A stretch of 64,000 nt of DNA from Octopus vulgaris (lineage: Eukaryota), in contig OX597833.1 of NCBI GenBank assembly GCA_951406725.2, positions 61,752,001-61,816,000 of the forward strand, written 5' to 3'. The position numbers were made by a program, and so were the translations under genes. Within the stretch, counting starts at the first letter, position 1. Each line of letters begins with the position of its first letter. Below, in pieces: positions 25,857 to 39,985 of this stretch. The notes under the pieces were generated by a model that had not been told where the DNA came from, ran no database searches, and saw nothing but the letters and a program-made list of their open reading frames with translations.

Positions 25857-27794
25857 TTAACTTCTGCTTTCCTTGCTGCCATGGATTGGACGGTTTGGCC
25901 AGATCTGGCAAGCCAGAGATGTGCCTCACGTTCCAGTCTGATTTGGTTTACTTTCTATGGCTGGATGCCCTTCCTAATGCCCACCACTTTACAGTGTGTT
26001 CTGGGTGCTTTTAACGTGGCACCAGCATGAACACACCTTAACGTGGCACTGGCACGAGTGCTTTTTATGTGACACTGGTTCAGGGTTATTGCAGACCCAC
26101 CGGCGCAAGACTCTCACAGGTCAACCCGCTTCACCAAGGGGCGCAGCTTTAATACTTCTTATTTCTTTATTGCCCACAAGGGGCCAAACATAGAGGGGAC
26201 AAATAAGGACAGACAAAGGGATTAAGTTGATTACATCGACTCCAGTGCGTAACTGGTACTTAATTTATCGACCCTGAAAGGATTAAAGGCAAAGTTGACC
26301 TCAGCTGAATTTGAACTCAGAATGTAACGGCAGACAAAATACCTATTTCTTTACTACCTACAAGGGGATAAACACAGAGAGGACAAACAAGGACAGACAG
26401 ACAGATTAAGTCAATTATATCAACCCCAGTGCGTAACTGGTACTTATTTAATCGACCTTGAAAGGATGAAAGGTAAAGTCGACCTCAGCAGAATTTGAAC
26501 TCAGAACGTAACGGCAGACGAAATACCACTAAGCATTTCGGCCGGCATGCTAACGTTTCTTATTTCTTTATTGCCCACAAGGGGCTAAACACCGAGGGGC
26601 AACCATGGACGGACAAACAGATTAAGTCGATTGCATCAATCCCAGTGTGTAACTGGTACTTATTTAATTGACCCTGAAAGGATGAAAGGTAAAGTCGACC
26701 TTGGCAGAATTTGAACTCGGAACGTAACGGCAGACGAAATACTGCTAAGCATTTCGCCCAGCATGCTAACATTTATGCCAGTTCGCCACCTTTAACATTT
26801 CCACAGTGGAAGATTGGTTATCTTGGGTACAAGGTGCCAGGTATTTCAGTCTTTTGTATTCTTGTCTGAAAGGTTCAGTGTTCTGAGGTTGACCTTCATG
26901 GGTGAAAGAGTATACAAGCTGGAGTGGTCAAGCATGCAACCACATGTCTTTACTGAATCATCCTAGATCTAATAATAAATGAAATGTGGTCTCTTGAATT
27001 CATTAGTTGCTATCAATCACACAATTTATATTTCCGTTTATCTCTAATCTGATAAACCCTGATTCCTTCTTTAGTTAAAAAGGTCAAGTTATCGCTCACT
27101 AAAATAGGTGTACCTGTCAAATTGTAAATTTAAATATGCTGAAATGAAAGTAAAAAGAAATCAAGGATAGTATTTCGTTTTTGTATGTAGTTTACCAGAT
27201 TCTTTATCTGAATTTGTGTATTGAAGCATGTTTTATTGTGTCTTGGGAGGGTCATTTTCTTTTAGTACCTTCTTGAAAAGGATGCAAGTTGCTATGAATA
27301 TTTCAGTAAAAAATAAGTTGAGACCCCCTTCGGTCATGACTGACCATGGGATTGCACCTAGAAAGTTACCCCTACCCCAGGCACAAGTCTGAGCAAGGTT
27401 GTTTATGGAAGACCAGCAGTCGCCCATGCATACGTGGAGAGCCTCCCCTCTCCACGCCGCCAGTTTTATCCAAGGGAAAGGCAACGGCTGATGCAGCTTG
27501 GCACGTGTGACGTCACAACTCATTTCTACAGCTGAGTGAACTGGAACAATGTGAAATAAAGTGTCTTGCTGAAGAAAACAACACGCAGTCGGGTCCGGGA
27601 TTTGAACTCACAACCTCACGATTGTAAGCTCTACGCTCTAACCACTGAGCTATGCGCCTTCACAACATACATACGTGTATAAATATACACATTCATGCAC
27701 ATGCATACACACACTCTCACACACACACACACAGATGCCCAAGCACTTAAACATACAAAAACGAGAAAGTATTATCGTAAATATATATATATAT

Positions 27795-28075
27795 ATAGAA
27801 TGGTTGTATACTGTCAATCTAACACGAACGTGACAGTGTGGGGGGGGGGTACACCACCGCTGTTTAGCCCTAGGAAGCATCGACGCCTCCTGATGGCTTT
27901 GACACATTTTAGCCATCAGGAGGCGTCGATGCTTCCTAGGGCTAAACAGCGGTGGTGAACCCCCCTACTGTCATGTTCGTGTTAGATTGACAGTATACAA
28001 CCATTCTATCGCCCCACCACCGTACATATCTCTACGGATAGATTTAGAAATTTAGTATTTCTGATATAAATCTAC
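27795..28075. repeat. GC-rich fold-back (27795-27898 vs 27911-28009) plus tail
   Basis: Inverted arms read directly; begins at (TA)n. Confidence 0.85.
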
Positions 28076-28743
28076 ATATTTTTATTAAAAAAATAATTTG
28101 GATCTGCAAAATAATTGAACCAACAGCGGATATATGAAAGTAGCAAAAGACTGAACATACAACACCAAGTTGAAATTCAAGTTAAATATTGACTCCTACT
28201 ACAAACAAATCAAGTGCTTTAACACCTACTTAACAAAAACTTTATATAAGGAATGATAAGAAACTCATACATTAAATTTTTTTTTAAAAAGCCAGATTTT
28301 TAATTAATTGCTGAATTTTTACTTTCAAGTTGTATACAGGTGTTTCCTCTTAAGAACATTCTATCTAGCATCCACGTTTTCTGCTGAACAATGATTATAA
28401 GGGGATTTGGGTGCCGTCTTGGAGAAAAGTATGTTTTACGTTATAGACCAATATGGGCATCCAACTGAGGAAAATCTGCCTCAACAAATTCCATCCAGCC
28501 CATGCAAACATAGAAAGGTGGACATTAAATGAATGCAGATGACAACGATGATTATGATGGCAGTGGTGATGGCGAAGGTGGCGGTAGTAATGATGGTGAT
28601 GATGACAACGATGTTGATCAGAGCATAATTATCTTTATTCATCCGATGCTTTCTCTGCCAATGGCTTTGATAAATTTTCAATGAATCAGACCACAATATT
28701 GGTCTATAACGTAAAACTGAAAGAAGCCTGCCATATATATGTA

Positions 28744-28775
<32 letters not shown>

Positions 28776-28979
28776 GTTAATCCAAACAAGAAAGCACAAA
28801 AAAAACACAACAATGCGAGGACGTGGAACAAATATAGTATTATTTGACGCTCAGGAAAGAAGGAAAGAAGGAGGTTTTAATGTTTCGAGTGGAACTCTTT
28901 GTCAGAAACATAGGAGAAGGAAAGATCAAGAGAAGGGAAGACAGAGAAAAAAAAAAGTCGCCAACGGTACACACGAGGT

Positions 28980-29024
<45 letters not shown>

Positions 29025-29266
29025 GTATGTGTGTATGTATGTGTGTGTGTATGTTTGTGTGTTTGTGTTTGTCCCCCCCAACATCGCTTGACAACCGATG
29101 CTGGTGTGTTTATGTCCCCGTAACTTAGCAGTTCGGCAAAAGACACCGATAGAATAAGTACTAGGCTTACAAAGAATAAGTCCTGGGGTCGATTTGCTCG
29201 ACTAAACGCGGTGCTCCAGCATGGCCACAGTCAAATGACTGAAACAAGTAAAAGAGTAAAAAGAGA

Positions 29267-29303
<37 letters not shown>

Positions 29304-29361
29304 AAAGGAAAGAATAAATAGTCAAAAGGAAGAGGGAGCATGGTTTGACAGCTGTTTAATG

Positions 29362-29473
29362 ACCACTACACATGTTTCGATACAACATGGGCCCACATAT
29401 ATACAAGATTTAAATTTAAATTAAGTAACAGTTTACCTTTATAATAGGACCTAGTCATATCTCCTCGGGTGGT
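29362..29473 (-). ncRNA. Hammerhead ribozyme motif with CCGAGGA core and long stem II
   Basis: ACCAC-CCGAGGA-GATATG...TGTATC-GAAA-CATGTG-TA-GTGGT, inside the (TA)n-flanked element 29300-29667. Confidence 0.75.
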
Positions 29474-30459
29474 ATATAATCGCTGTTTCCATAAGTAATG
29501 CTTGATTTCGATGCTATCACATTCAAATATTTTATTTTTCACCCACAAGGAATGCCTAAGCCTAGAATTGGTAGTATACCATAATATTGCTGGCTATCTG
29601 GTAATTCTAAAGGTGAACAAGCTCTATTTTGTACTCTAATACGTTCTAAATGGAATACACCTCAACTATATATATGTATATATATATACATATATATAGG
29701 GGGAGAGTTCACAAAAAAAAAAACAAAAGATGAAGACAGGTGGTGTATGAAACAAACAGATCTATTAGCATAATGCTCAGGAAATTGAAAAAGTCTTTTA
29801 CGTTTCGAGCCTACGCTCTTCTACAGAAAGGGACACAGAAAAAACAAGGAGAGAAAAAAAAGGAGAGAAAAAAATATGATGGGCTTCTTTCAGTTTCTCT
29901 CTACAAATCCTTTTACAAGGCTTTGATCAACCTGGGGTCATAGTAGAAGATACTTGCCCAAGGTGCCACGCAGTAGGACTGAACCTGAGACCATGTTGTT
30001 GGGTAGCAGACTTCTTACCACAGAGCCACATCTGCACCTTATTATACATTAATCGTGTATTTGGGAATTTTCTCTTTGTTGTTGTAAAGAAAACAACTTA
30101 AGTAAACCTGTTTTTAATTATTTGAAATTTTCCTGGAAGGAAGGAGCTGTGTTTAACAAGAGGTATTTTTATACATTTTTTTTCTGTAGGCACACAGGTT
30201 CTGCCTATAGACAAAACTAGGCTGTGTGGTAAGAAATTTGCTTCCCAACCACGTAGTTTTTGGGTTCAGTCCCACTGTGCAGCACCCTGGGCAAAGTGTC
30301 TTCCACTATAGCCCTGGACTTAACAAATCCTTGTGAGTGGATTTGGAAGATGGAAACTGAAAGAAGCCCATCGTATGCATGTGTGTTTGTGTACATAAGG
30401 GTGTGTGTGCGTGTGTGTGTGTGTGGGGGGTGAGTGTATACGAGGGTGTTTGTGTGTGT

Positions 30460-30619
30460 CCCCAACCTTCTGAGTTCTTTTACAGGGCTTAGAAAAACTG
30501 AAGGACCACTGCAATAAGTGTGTGAATCTGAGAGGGGAATATGTTGAATAAAATCATAATTAACTGATCCTCCTGTATTTTCCTTTTACCCAAACCTAGG
30601 AACTTCTCAGCACCCTTTA

Positions 30620-30620
<1 letters not shown>
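30460..30620 (+). mobile_element. mariner-derived MITE fragment (more complete copy 53678-53842)
   Basis: Encodes GLEKLKDHCNKCVNLRGEYVE*, similar to the mariner transposase C-terminus. The 53.7 kb copy has inverted ends within TA. Confidence 0.65.
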
Positions 30621-30670
<50 letters not shown>

Positions 30671-30683
30671 ATCTATCTCTCTA

Positions 30684-30742
<59 letters not shown>

Positions 30743-30898
30743 ATAAGATCGTTAATTTAAATATTGATCTTATCAAGTGGCCAGCATGAGAATAAAAACC
30801 TTCAAAGGTAATAATTATTATTAAAATTATAATTTAGGGTATCTAAGAGATACCGCCATGCTGGAAATAGCAGCCAAGACCTGACTCTAAATTATAAT

Positions 30899-30950
<52 letters not shown>

Positions 30951-31328
30951 AATGTGTGTCTGTGTGTCTCCTTTGCCATTTGGCACCAGACGTTGATTGT
31001 TTACATCCCTGTAACTTGGCAGTTCGGCAAAAGTGACTGATAAAATATGTACTAGAATTTAAAAGCATAAGCAGTGGGGCCAGTTCGTTCCACTAAAACC
31101 CTTCAAGTATGGCTGCAGTCCAGTGACTGAAATAAGCAAAAGATATAAAATTTCCTTTTTCTTGTTGTAGTTTCTGCTGCCTGCCCTTTTAATTATATAC
31201 TACTATATATACTGAACTATACAGAAGTTCCAGACGCTAAAAGTCATATTTACATACCGAAATTTACCGGTAAATAATTGTTGGTTGTCTAAAAAACCAC
31301 GAAAAATATTATTTACCCTTTTTATTAT

Positions 31329-31405
<77 letters not shown>

Positions 31406-31584
31406 GGTGGTGCACCAGCATGACCTCAGCCCTGGGTTGAAACCAGTAAAAGATAAAAGATATATTTCCCATGTCATGGGAAACGTGCAAAATGAATGGA
31501 CCATAGATGTTACTGTCGGTGTAAAGAATTTAGGTAATTTTGTGAATGAGTTCAAATCTGAGCACAAAACTACAGAATTTATGA

Positions 31585-31970
31585 TTTAAAGTGAGTACAC
31601 GAGGCTTCAAAGTGAGTAAGATTACCAGTTTCAAAATGATTACTTGACTTTAAAGTGAGATTAGCAGTTTCAAAGTGAGTACATAACTTCGAAGTGAGGC
31701 TAGCAATTTCAAAGTGAGTACATGAATTTAAAGTGAGATTAGCAGTTTCAAAGTGAGTACATAACTTCGAAGTGAGGCTAGCAATTTCAAAGTGAAGTAC
31801 ATGAATTTAAAGTGAGATTAGTAGTTTCAAAGTGAGTACATAACTTCGAAGTGAGGCTAGTAATTTCAAATTGAGTTATTGAGTTTAGCAATTTTAAAGA
31901 GAGTACATGACTTCAAAGTGTGTGCATGACTTCAAAATGAGATTAGCAATTTCAAAGTGAGCACATATCA
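31585..31970. repeat. 19/20-bp minisatellite with a 78-bp higher-order repeat
   Basis: About 20 units with core ttcaaagtgag; a 4-unit block repeats nearly 3 times from 31652. Confidence 0.85.
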
Positions 31971-32157
31971 CTTAAACTGAATTTTATACTTACATACTTT
32001 AAGGTGATGTTTGAAAAATCATTCTGAGCCATTTAACTGAAAACTTAAAAAACCAGGACTAGATTTACTTCTCTAGTAATTTACCTATTCAGCATGGAAT
32101 CACTACCATTCATAATGATGTTCATAATTGTTGTGTAAAATGTCAGTTTATGTTTAA

Positions 32158-32549
32158 CTAGCAGTATTGCCTGGCGTTGCTTGGGTTTGTTTTGGCCCTT
32201 TAGAATTGGAATTTTTGTAAAGTAAAAATTTCACATTATGTAGCTTGTTATTCTCTTTAAGTGAACATTTTTCTGGTTGAAATACACCGAAAAATGGTGA
32301 CACAGCAGTCAAAAAATCGTAAAAAATAGGGATTTTCATAGAAAAAAAGCACCTTTTTGATGTAAATAATTTTTGGTCTTAATATGGTCCGATTTGAATT
32401 ATTTCTTCTACGGAAGGAAGAGCAAGCCTTCTTCTATCATACTCTCAATTTTGGTCAACTTGCACTGCAGGGTCTTGGAGGAGATAGTGTTAGTTGAGGA
32501 GTACCAAACCTGCCACACACAGACAACTTCAGTTTTATATAGAGAGAGA
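32158..32549 (-). mobile_element. Non-autonomous Helitron (same ends as 7266-7572, different interior)
   Basis: ctagcagtattgcctggcgttgcttgggtttg end and acaacttcagttttatata..ga end. Further partial end near 55000. Confidence 0.75.
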
Positions 32550-32984
32550 TTATGTAGACGAATAAGGTGGTGAGCTAACAAAATCGTTAGCATGCTGGGA
32601 AAAATGCTTAGCAGCATTCCGTCCGTTTTTATGTTCTGAGTTCAAATTCTGCCAAAGTCAGCTTGACCTTTTTGGAGATTGGTAAAATAAGTAACGGTTG
32701 AGCCCTGGGGTCAATGTAATCGACTATCCCCTAACCCCCAAATTTCAGGCCTTGTGCCTGCAGTAGAAAGGAATTACATAGAGGAATACATCATGAGCAT
32801 AGAATATACCTCAGATCTGGAACTTTGCCTGCCAGACATGAGTGCAGAAACAAGGAACAACTGTGCAGCTTTTCCAATAGTCACACACTGAGGTAGAATT
32901 CTCAAAAAATTTATATTGCTATTAAAACACTTAACCTCTGCCAAAAGCCTCACAGAAAAGTGAATGGCTTTTACAAATATTATT

Positions 32985-33625
32985 ATGGTCAATGCCAGTG
33001 CCGCTTGACTGGCTCCCTGTGCTCCTGTGCTGGTGGCACATAAAAAGCACTATCCAAATGTGGTCAATGCCAGTACCCACCGACTGGATCCTGTGCTGAT
33101 GGCTCATAAAAAGCACCATCGAAATGTAGTCGGTGCCAATGTCCCCAGACTGGCTCCTGTGTCGGTGGCACATAAAGAGCAATATCTGAACATGGTTGAT
33201 GTCAGTGCTGCCTGGCTGGCTCATAAAAAGGACCATCCGAATGTGGTCAATACCAGTGCCCCCTGACTGGCTCCTGTGCTGGTGGCACATAAAAAGCACC
33301 ATCGAAATGTAGTCGATGCCCCAGACTGGCTCCTGTGTCGGTGGCACATAAAAAGTACTATCCGAATGTGATCAATGCCAGGGTCACCTGACAGGCTCAC
33401 ATGCCAGTGGCTCATAAAAAGCACCATCCAAATGTGGTCGATGCCAGTGCCCCCCGACTGGCTCCTGTGCCAGTGGCTCATAAAAAGCACCATCCAAATG
33501 TGGTCGATGCCAGTGCCCCCCGACTGGCTCCTGTGCCAGTGGCACATAAAAAGCACCATCTGAATGTGGTTGATGCCAGTGCTGCCTGACTGGCTCCCAT
33601 GTCAGTGGCACATTAAAAGCACCCA
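32985..33625 (+). repeat. About 62-bp minisatellite (about 10 units) inside a family C SINE
   Basis: gccagtgcccccgactggctcctgtgccagtggcacataaaaagcaccatccaaatgtggtcgat units. Confidence 0.85.
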
Positions 33626-34191
33626 CTACACTCTTGGAGTGGTTGGCGTTAAGGACATCCAGCTGTAGAAACTCTGCCAGATCAGATTTGAGCCTGGTGC
33701 AGCCTCCTGGCTTGCCAGTCCTCAGTCAAACCATCTAACCCATGCCAGCATGGAAAATCGACGTTAAACTTTGATGATGATGATGATTATGAGCTTTTTG
33801 CTTCATTGTCTCGTTATAATTCACCACATTCACATTAGTGAAATAACTAATGCTAGATACACCCAGTAAGAGATTTTGAGTGCAGCTCACTGCATGGCAC
33901 GTCGGGTAGATGTGTCACCTACTGTAGCTATGGGCTGACCAAAGCCTTGTGAGTGGATTTGGTTGACGAAAACTGAAAGAAACCTTTCATATATACATAC
34001 ATGTGTGTGTGTGTGTGTGCATGTGTCTATGTATGTATATACAGATGTGTGTGTGTATTGAAAGGTATAATGAATAAACAACTTTATATCCTTCCCAAAT
34101 TATCAAAAATTGCTGCAGTCCTATTTTCATTTTTGCTCTTCGGTTTAACGAAATTGCCTTTTGGTTTGATGAAGTTGTAAAATTATCCTCT

Positions 34192-34233
<42 letters not shown>

Positions 34234-34272
34234 TAAAAAATGGAGTTAACGCAGGTTTAAACAAGTATTTTT

Positions 34273-34358
34273 ACTTTCTACATATGTTTCGAAAATTCCA
34301 CTGATACTATTCAAAAGAATAAAAGGTATAAACAATGCAATCTTCTCTTCGGGAAAGT
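34273..34358 (-). ncRNA. Hammerhead ribozyme motif with CCGAAGA core in a (TA)n-flanked pseudo-LTR
   Basis: ACTTTC-CCGAAGA-GAAGATT...AATTTTC-GAAA-CATATG-TA-GAAAGT. 6-bp stem I, palindromic stem III. Confidence 0.75.
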
Positions 34359-34525
34359 GAAAAAACGAAACTCGTCAATACGACATTTTAGCAAAAAATG
34401 ATGGATTCGTATAGCGATAGACAGAACGCTATTAATATTGTTTAAAAAAACGTTATATGATATAACATCATAAGTAGCTAACAGAAAGAGTAGGGATATT
34501 AATACTGAATGTTAAATATACACTC

Positions 34526-34561
<36 letters not shown>

Positions 34562-35236
34562 CCTTTTTTTCCTTTTCCTTCTTTGGGCACTAAACTCTGC
34601 TTGCGAAGACCTGTTGAGGCAAGTGATATCAAAATCAAAATCAAATTCGATGACTGGCATCCGTGCTAGCGGGATGCAAAGAGCACCATATATGTGTGTG
34701 TGTATGTATGTATCTATGTGATCGTTGACAGAGCGACTAACCAGCTTCCGTCCAGTGGCACTTAAAAGGCACCATTCGAGTGTGATCGATACCAGCGTCG
34801 CCTTACTGGCACTTAAGTCCCATGCTAGTAGGGTACCAAGAGCACCATCCGAGTGTGATCATTGCCAGAGTGGCTAACTGGCTTCCATGCCGGTGGCACA
34901 TAAAAGGGCACCATTCGAGTGTGATCATTACCAGCATCGCCTTACTGGCACCTGTACCAGTGGCATGTGTAAAACGATGAGGTCATTGCTAGTACTGCCT
35001 GACTGTCCCCCATGCCGGTGGCATGTAAAAGCACCCACTACACTCACAGACAGGTTGGCATTAGGAAGGGCATCCAGCTGTAGAAACTCTGCCAGATCAA
35101 GATTGGAGCCTGGTCCAACCATCTGGTTCGCCAGCCTTCAGTCAAAATTGTCCAATCAATGCTAGCATGGAAAGCGGACGTTAAACGATGATGATGATAA
35201 TATACAACTATATATATATATATAAATAGATAAATT

Positions 35237-35291
<55 letters not shown>

Positions 35292-35352
35292 TAATCATAT
35301 ACTGTTGTGACACATACTTATGATGATCCTTAAAAGCATGGTCTTTATACAG

Positions 35353-35397
<45 letters not shown>

Positions 35398-35552
35398 ATA
35401 CATACATACATGCATGCATACATACATGGATACATACATACATAGATACATACATACACACACATATATATATACATACATACATACACACATACATACA
35501 TACATACATACATACATGCATGCATGCATGCATACATACATACATACATACA

Positions 35553-35601
<49 letters not shown>

Positions 35602-35811
35602 CAGCATGGCCGCGGCCTTCGGGCTAAAACATTTTTAAGGATTTAAGGATATATATATGTATGTATGTATGTATCTATGTATGTGTGTATGTATGTATGT
35701 ATATATATATATGTGTATGTATGTATCTATGTATGTATGTATCCATGTATGTATGTATGTATGTATTTATGTGTGTATGTATGTATGTATGTATGCATGC
35801 ATGTATGTATG

Positions 35812-35856
<45 letters not shown>

Positions 35857-35867
35857 ATGTATGTATC

Positions 35868-35910
<43 letters not shown>

Positions 35911-37908
35911 ATGTATGTATCTATGTATATATATATATCCATGTATGTATGTATATATGTATGCATGCATGTATGTATGTATGTATGTATGCATGCATGT
36001 ATGTATGTATGTATGTATGCATGTATGTATGTATGTATGTACGTATGCATGCATGTATGTATGTATGCCTGTATGTATTTATGTATGTATGTATGCATGC
36101 ATGTATGCATGCATGTATGTATGTATGTATGTATGTATGTATGTATGTATGTATGTATTTATGTATGTATGTATGTATGTATGCATGTATGTATGTATGT
36201 ATGTATGTATGTATGTATTATGTATGTATGTATGTATGTATGTATGTATTATGTATGTATGTATGTATGTATGTATGTATGTATGTATGTATGTATGTAT
36301 GTATGTATGTATGTATGTATGTATGTATGTATGTATGTATGCATGTATGCATGTATGTATGTATGTATGTATGTATGTATGTATATCGTTTTTTAGAAAA
36401 ACATAAATCCAGAGAAGAAGCACACTCCAAGAAGCAGAGCAGTCTACATTTATTACTGGTGAAGGCCAGTTTAAAGGGTTACCCTGGGTTTCCACCCACA
36501 AAGGGCACCTTTATGGCATATCTTCAGACCCTAAGATCTTTTGGCCTATGTCCTCTTTACGGAGTGAGAACATCCAAAAAAAAATCAAGAGTAATCTTGT
36601 AGCTTTCGAGTCACGTGTGGCCTGTTGTACTTTCTGAATGACAACCTAATGAAAAACGATTTTCCATTTCTTCAGAACGGTAGCTTGTTTCTTGGAAAAA
36701 CTTACTCACACCTGATTATACAATGATAAATGCTATTTAAGTGTTGTGAAGACAAACAAAAGGTTTCATGTATGCAAGCATAAAGAAGTTGTTCTCCCAC
36801 TGCTCTGTCCAAAAGATCTAGGTCATCTCGTGCTTCTTATCTGTTTCGCCCGTATTTATATGCGGGGGTTTCAATAGTGAAAGTGTAGTGAAGCAGTGCC
36901 CCAGCAGTGCCCCAGCAGTGCCCCAGCATGGCCACACAGCTCTTGAGCTGAAGTTACTTAAAGAGTTGTATATTTTCTCCTTTTTTTTTTTCTCTTTTCT
37001 CTTTTACTTGTTTCAGTCATTTGACTGCAGCCATGCTGGAGCACCACCTTTTGGGTCGAGCAAATCGACCCCAGGTCTTATTCTTTGTAAGCCTGGTACT
37101 TATTCTATCGGTCCCTTTTGCCGAACCACTATATCTACACATACACACACACAAACACACACACGCATACATGCATGCACATGCATACATGCATGCACAT
37201 GCACACATGCATGTACATGCACACATGCATGCACATGCATACATGCACACATGCACATGTACATACACACACGCATGCAGGCACACATACACAATGCATG
37301 CAGGCATGCACACACACATACATACACACATGCATGCAAGTATGCATGCATGCACGTGCAGACACACATGCACATGCACACACACATATGCACACATACA
37401 CACACATAATGCATGCACACACACACACACACCTATTCTTAAACAAAAATATTTATTGACAGTGACTTTGGGATTTCGCCCAGCTAAGCCATTACAGACT
37501 GTGATTCATGGAAATTAGTCTTGATTGTATGTAAGATTGTGTTTTTTAGAAGGAAAAAACCCACTAGAAAACAATCCCATGACCTGATTGGGACGCCTAT
37601 AAATACACTCACCAGCTTACAAAATTCCACATACATGAATAAATTCTAAACAATAACATATATGCAAATGTAATCAATAAAAATTTCTCCGAAACAACTC
37701 TCTATAACAACCCAGCCCACAATTTAATTACCAAACCACTCATACCCAGATACCCGAGGAAGATTTTATCATAACAGAGACGATATAGAGCCATGGTTAA
37801 CTACAATGCATTGTAGTGCAACGATGACTTAGCTGATTGAAACTTTGTTTAAGAATAACAAATTTGTAATCGACAACCCATCAGATTAATGTAAAATTAT
37901 TTATTTAC

Positions 37909-37946
<38 letters not shown>

Positions 37947-39156
37947 TTTACTCTTACTCTTTTACTTGTTTCAGTCATTTGATTGCGGCCATGCTGGAGC
38001 ACCGCCTTTAGTCAAGCAAATCGACCCCAGGACTTATTCTTTGTAAGCCTAGTACTTATTCTATCGGTCTCTTTTACTTGTTTCAGTCATTTGACTGTGG
38101 CCATACTGGAGCACCGCCTTTAGTTGAGCAAATCGACCCCAGGACTTATTCTTTGTAAGCCTGCTACTTATTCTATCAGTCTCTTTTGCTGAACTACTAA
38201 GTTACAGAGACGTAAACACACCAGCATCGGTTGTCAAGCGATGTTGGAAGGACAAACACAGACGCACAAACATAAATACACACACATACACATACATATA
38301 TACGACGGGCTTCTCTCAGTTTCCGTCTACCAAATCCACTCACAAGGCTTTGGTCGGCCTGGGGCTATAGTAGAAGACACTTGCCCAAGGTGCCATGCAG
38401 TGGGACTCAACTCGGTGCACTTTAAAACAATTTATATATACATATATGTCAACAGTGGAGGCACAATGGCCCACTGGTTAGGGCAGCGGACTCGCGGTCG
38501 GAAGATCGCGGTTTCAATTCCCAGACCGGGCGTTGTGTGTGTTTATTGAGTGAAAACACCTAAAAGCTCCACGAGGCTCCGGCAGGGGGTGGTGGTGACC
38601 CCTGTTGTACTCTTTCACCACAACTTTCTCTCACTCTCTCTTCCTGTTTCTTGAGTAACGCTGCAATGGACTGGTGTCCCGTCCAGCTGTGGGCGGGGGG
38701 GGGGCTCACATACGCCACAGAAACCGGGAAACCGGGCCCATGATTGCAAGATTCTTGTTTCAGCTCCCACACTGAGCAGTGTATTGTGCTCTTGAGCAAA
38801 CCACTTCGTTTCACATTGCTCTGTAACCCCCTTCAACACCTGACATTTCGTACACCATGCACCTGTGCAGGTAATGCAATTTGATAAGGAAGGTGAGCTA
38901 ATGTACGACACATACGTTTGATCACTGTAAACAGATCATTTGTGCAGGTCATTCACCTAAAACTGAACACTCATCTGTTATTACATGCTCTTTACTCTTT
39001 TACTCTCTTATCTGTTTCAGTCATTTGACTGCGGCCATGCTGGAGCACCGCCTTTTAGTCGAGCAAATCGACCCCAGGACTTATTCTTTGTAAGCCTAGT
39101 GCTTATTCTACCGCTATGTTACGTGGACATAAACACACCAGCACACGCACACACAC

Positions 39157-39204
<48 letters not shown>

Positions 39205-39985
39205 GGGCTTCTTTCAGTTTCCGTCTACCAAATCCACTCACAAGGCTTTGGTCGGCCCGAGGCTATAGTAGAAGACACTTGCCCAAGGTGCCATGCAGTG
39301 GGACTGAACCCGGAACTGTGTGGTTCATAAGCAAGCTACTCACCACACATCATCATCATCTTCATCATCATCGTTTAACGTCCGCTTTCCATGCTAGCAT
39401 GGGTTGGACGATTTGACTGAGGACTGGGGAACCAGATGGCTGCACCAGGCTCCAATTTGATCTGGCAGAGTTTCTATGTATATTATATAAGGTAGTGATC
39501 TGAAAGAATCGTTAGCACACCTGGCAGAATATTTAGTGCCATTTCGTCTATCTTTAGGTTCTGAGTTCAAATTTCACCATTGTCGACTTGGTCTTTCATC
39601 CTTTCGAAGTCAATAAAATAAGTACCACTGGATTCGATGTAGTTGGCTCCCTGACACCCCCACAGAATTGTTAGCTTTATACCAAAATTTGAACACATGT
39701 ATGTATATATATATGTATGTATGTATGTATGTTTGTATATATTGTGTATGTGAAGGCACATGGCTCAGTGGTTAGAGCGTCGAGCTTACGATCATGAAGT
39801 TGTGAGCTCGAATCCCGGACCGAGCTGCGTGTTGTGTTCTTGACACTTTATTTCACGTTGCTCCAGTTCACTCTGCTGTAGAAATGAGTTGCGACGTCAC
39901 TGGTGCCAAGCTGTATTGGCCCCTTTGCCTTTCGCTTGGATAATATTGGTGGCGTGGAGAGGGGAGGCTGGTATGCATGGGTGAC

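Noticed and set aside
27015-27230. Possible - strand exons (GTPILVSDNLTFLTKEGIRVYQIRDKRKYKLCD*); also an acceptor-like site near 23305
   Set aside because: No recognisable homology and no consistent exon chain. Cannot be supported without RNA data.
31585-31970. CRISPR-like repeat/spacer appearance (also 25065-25856 and 32985-33625)
   Set aside because: Spacers are short and themselves repeated, there are no cas genes, and the context is eukaryotic.
36400-36960. Repeat-free stretch as a host exon
   Set aside because: Stops in the frames examined, and it ends in the ccccagcatggcc LINE/SINE tail, so it is probably an old LINE 3' relic.
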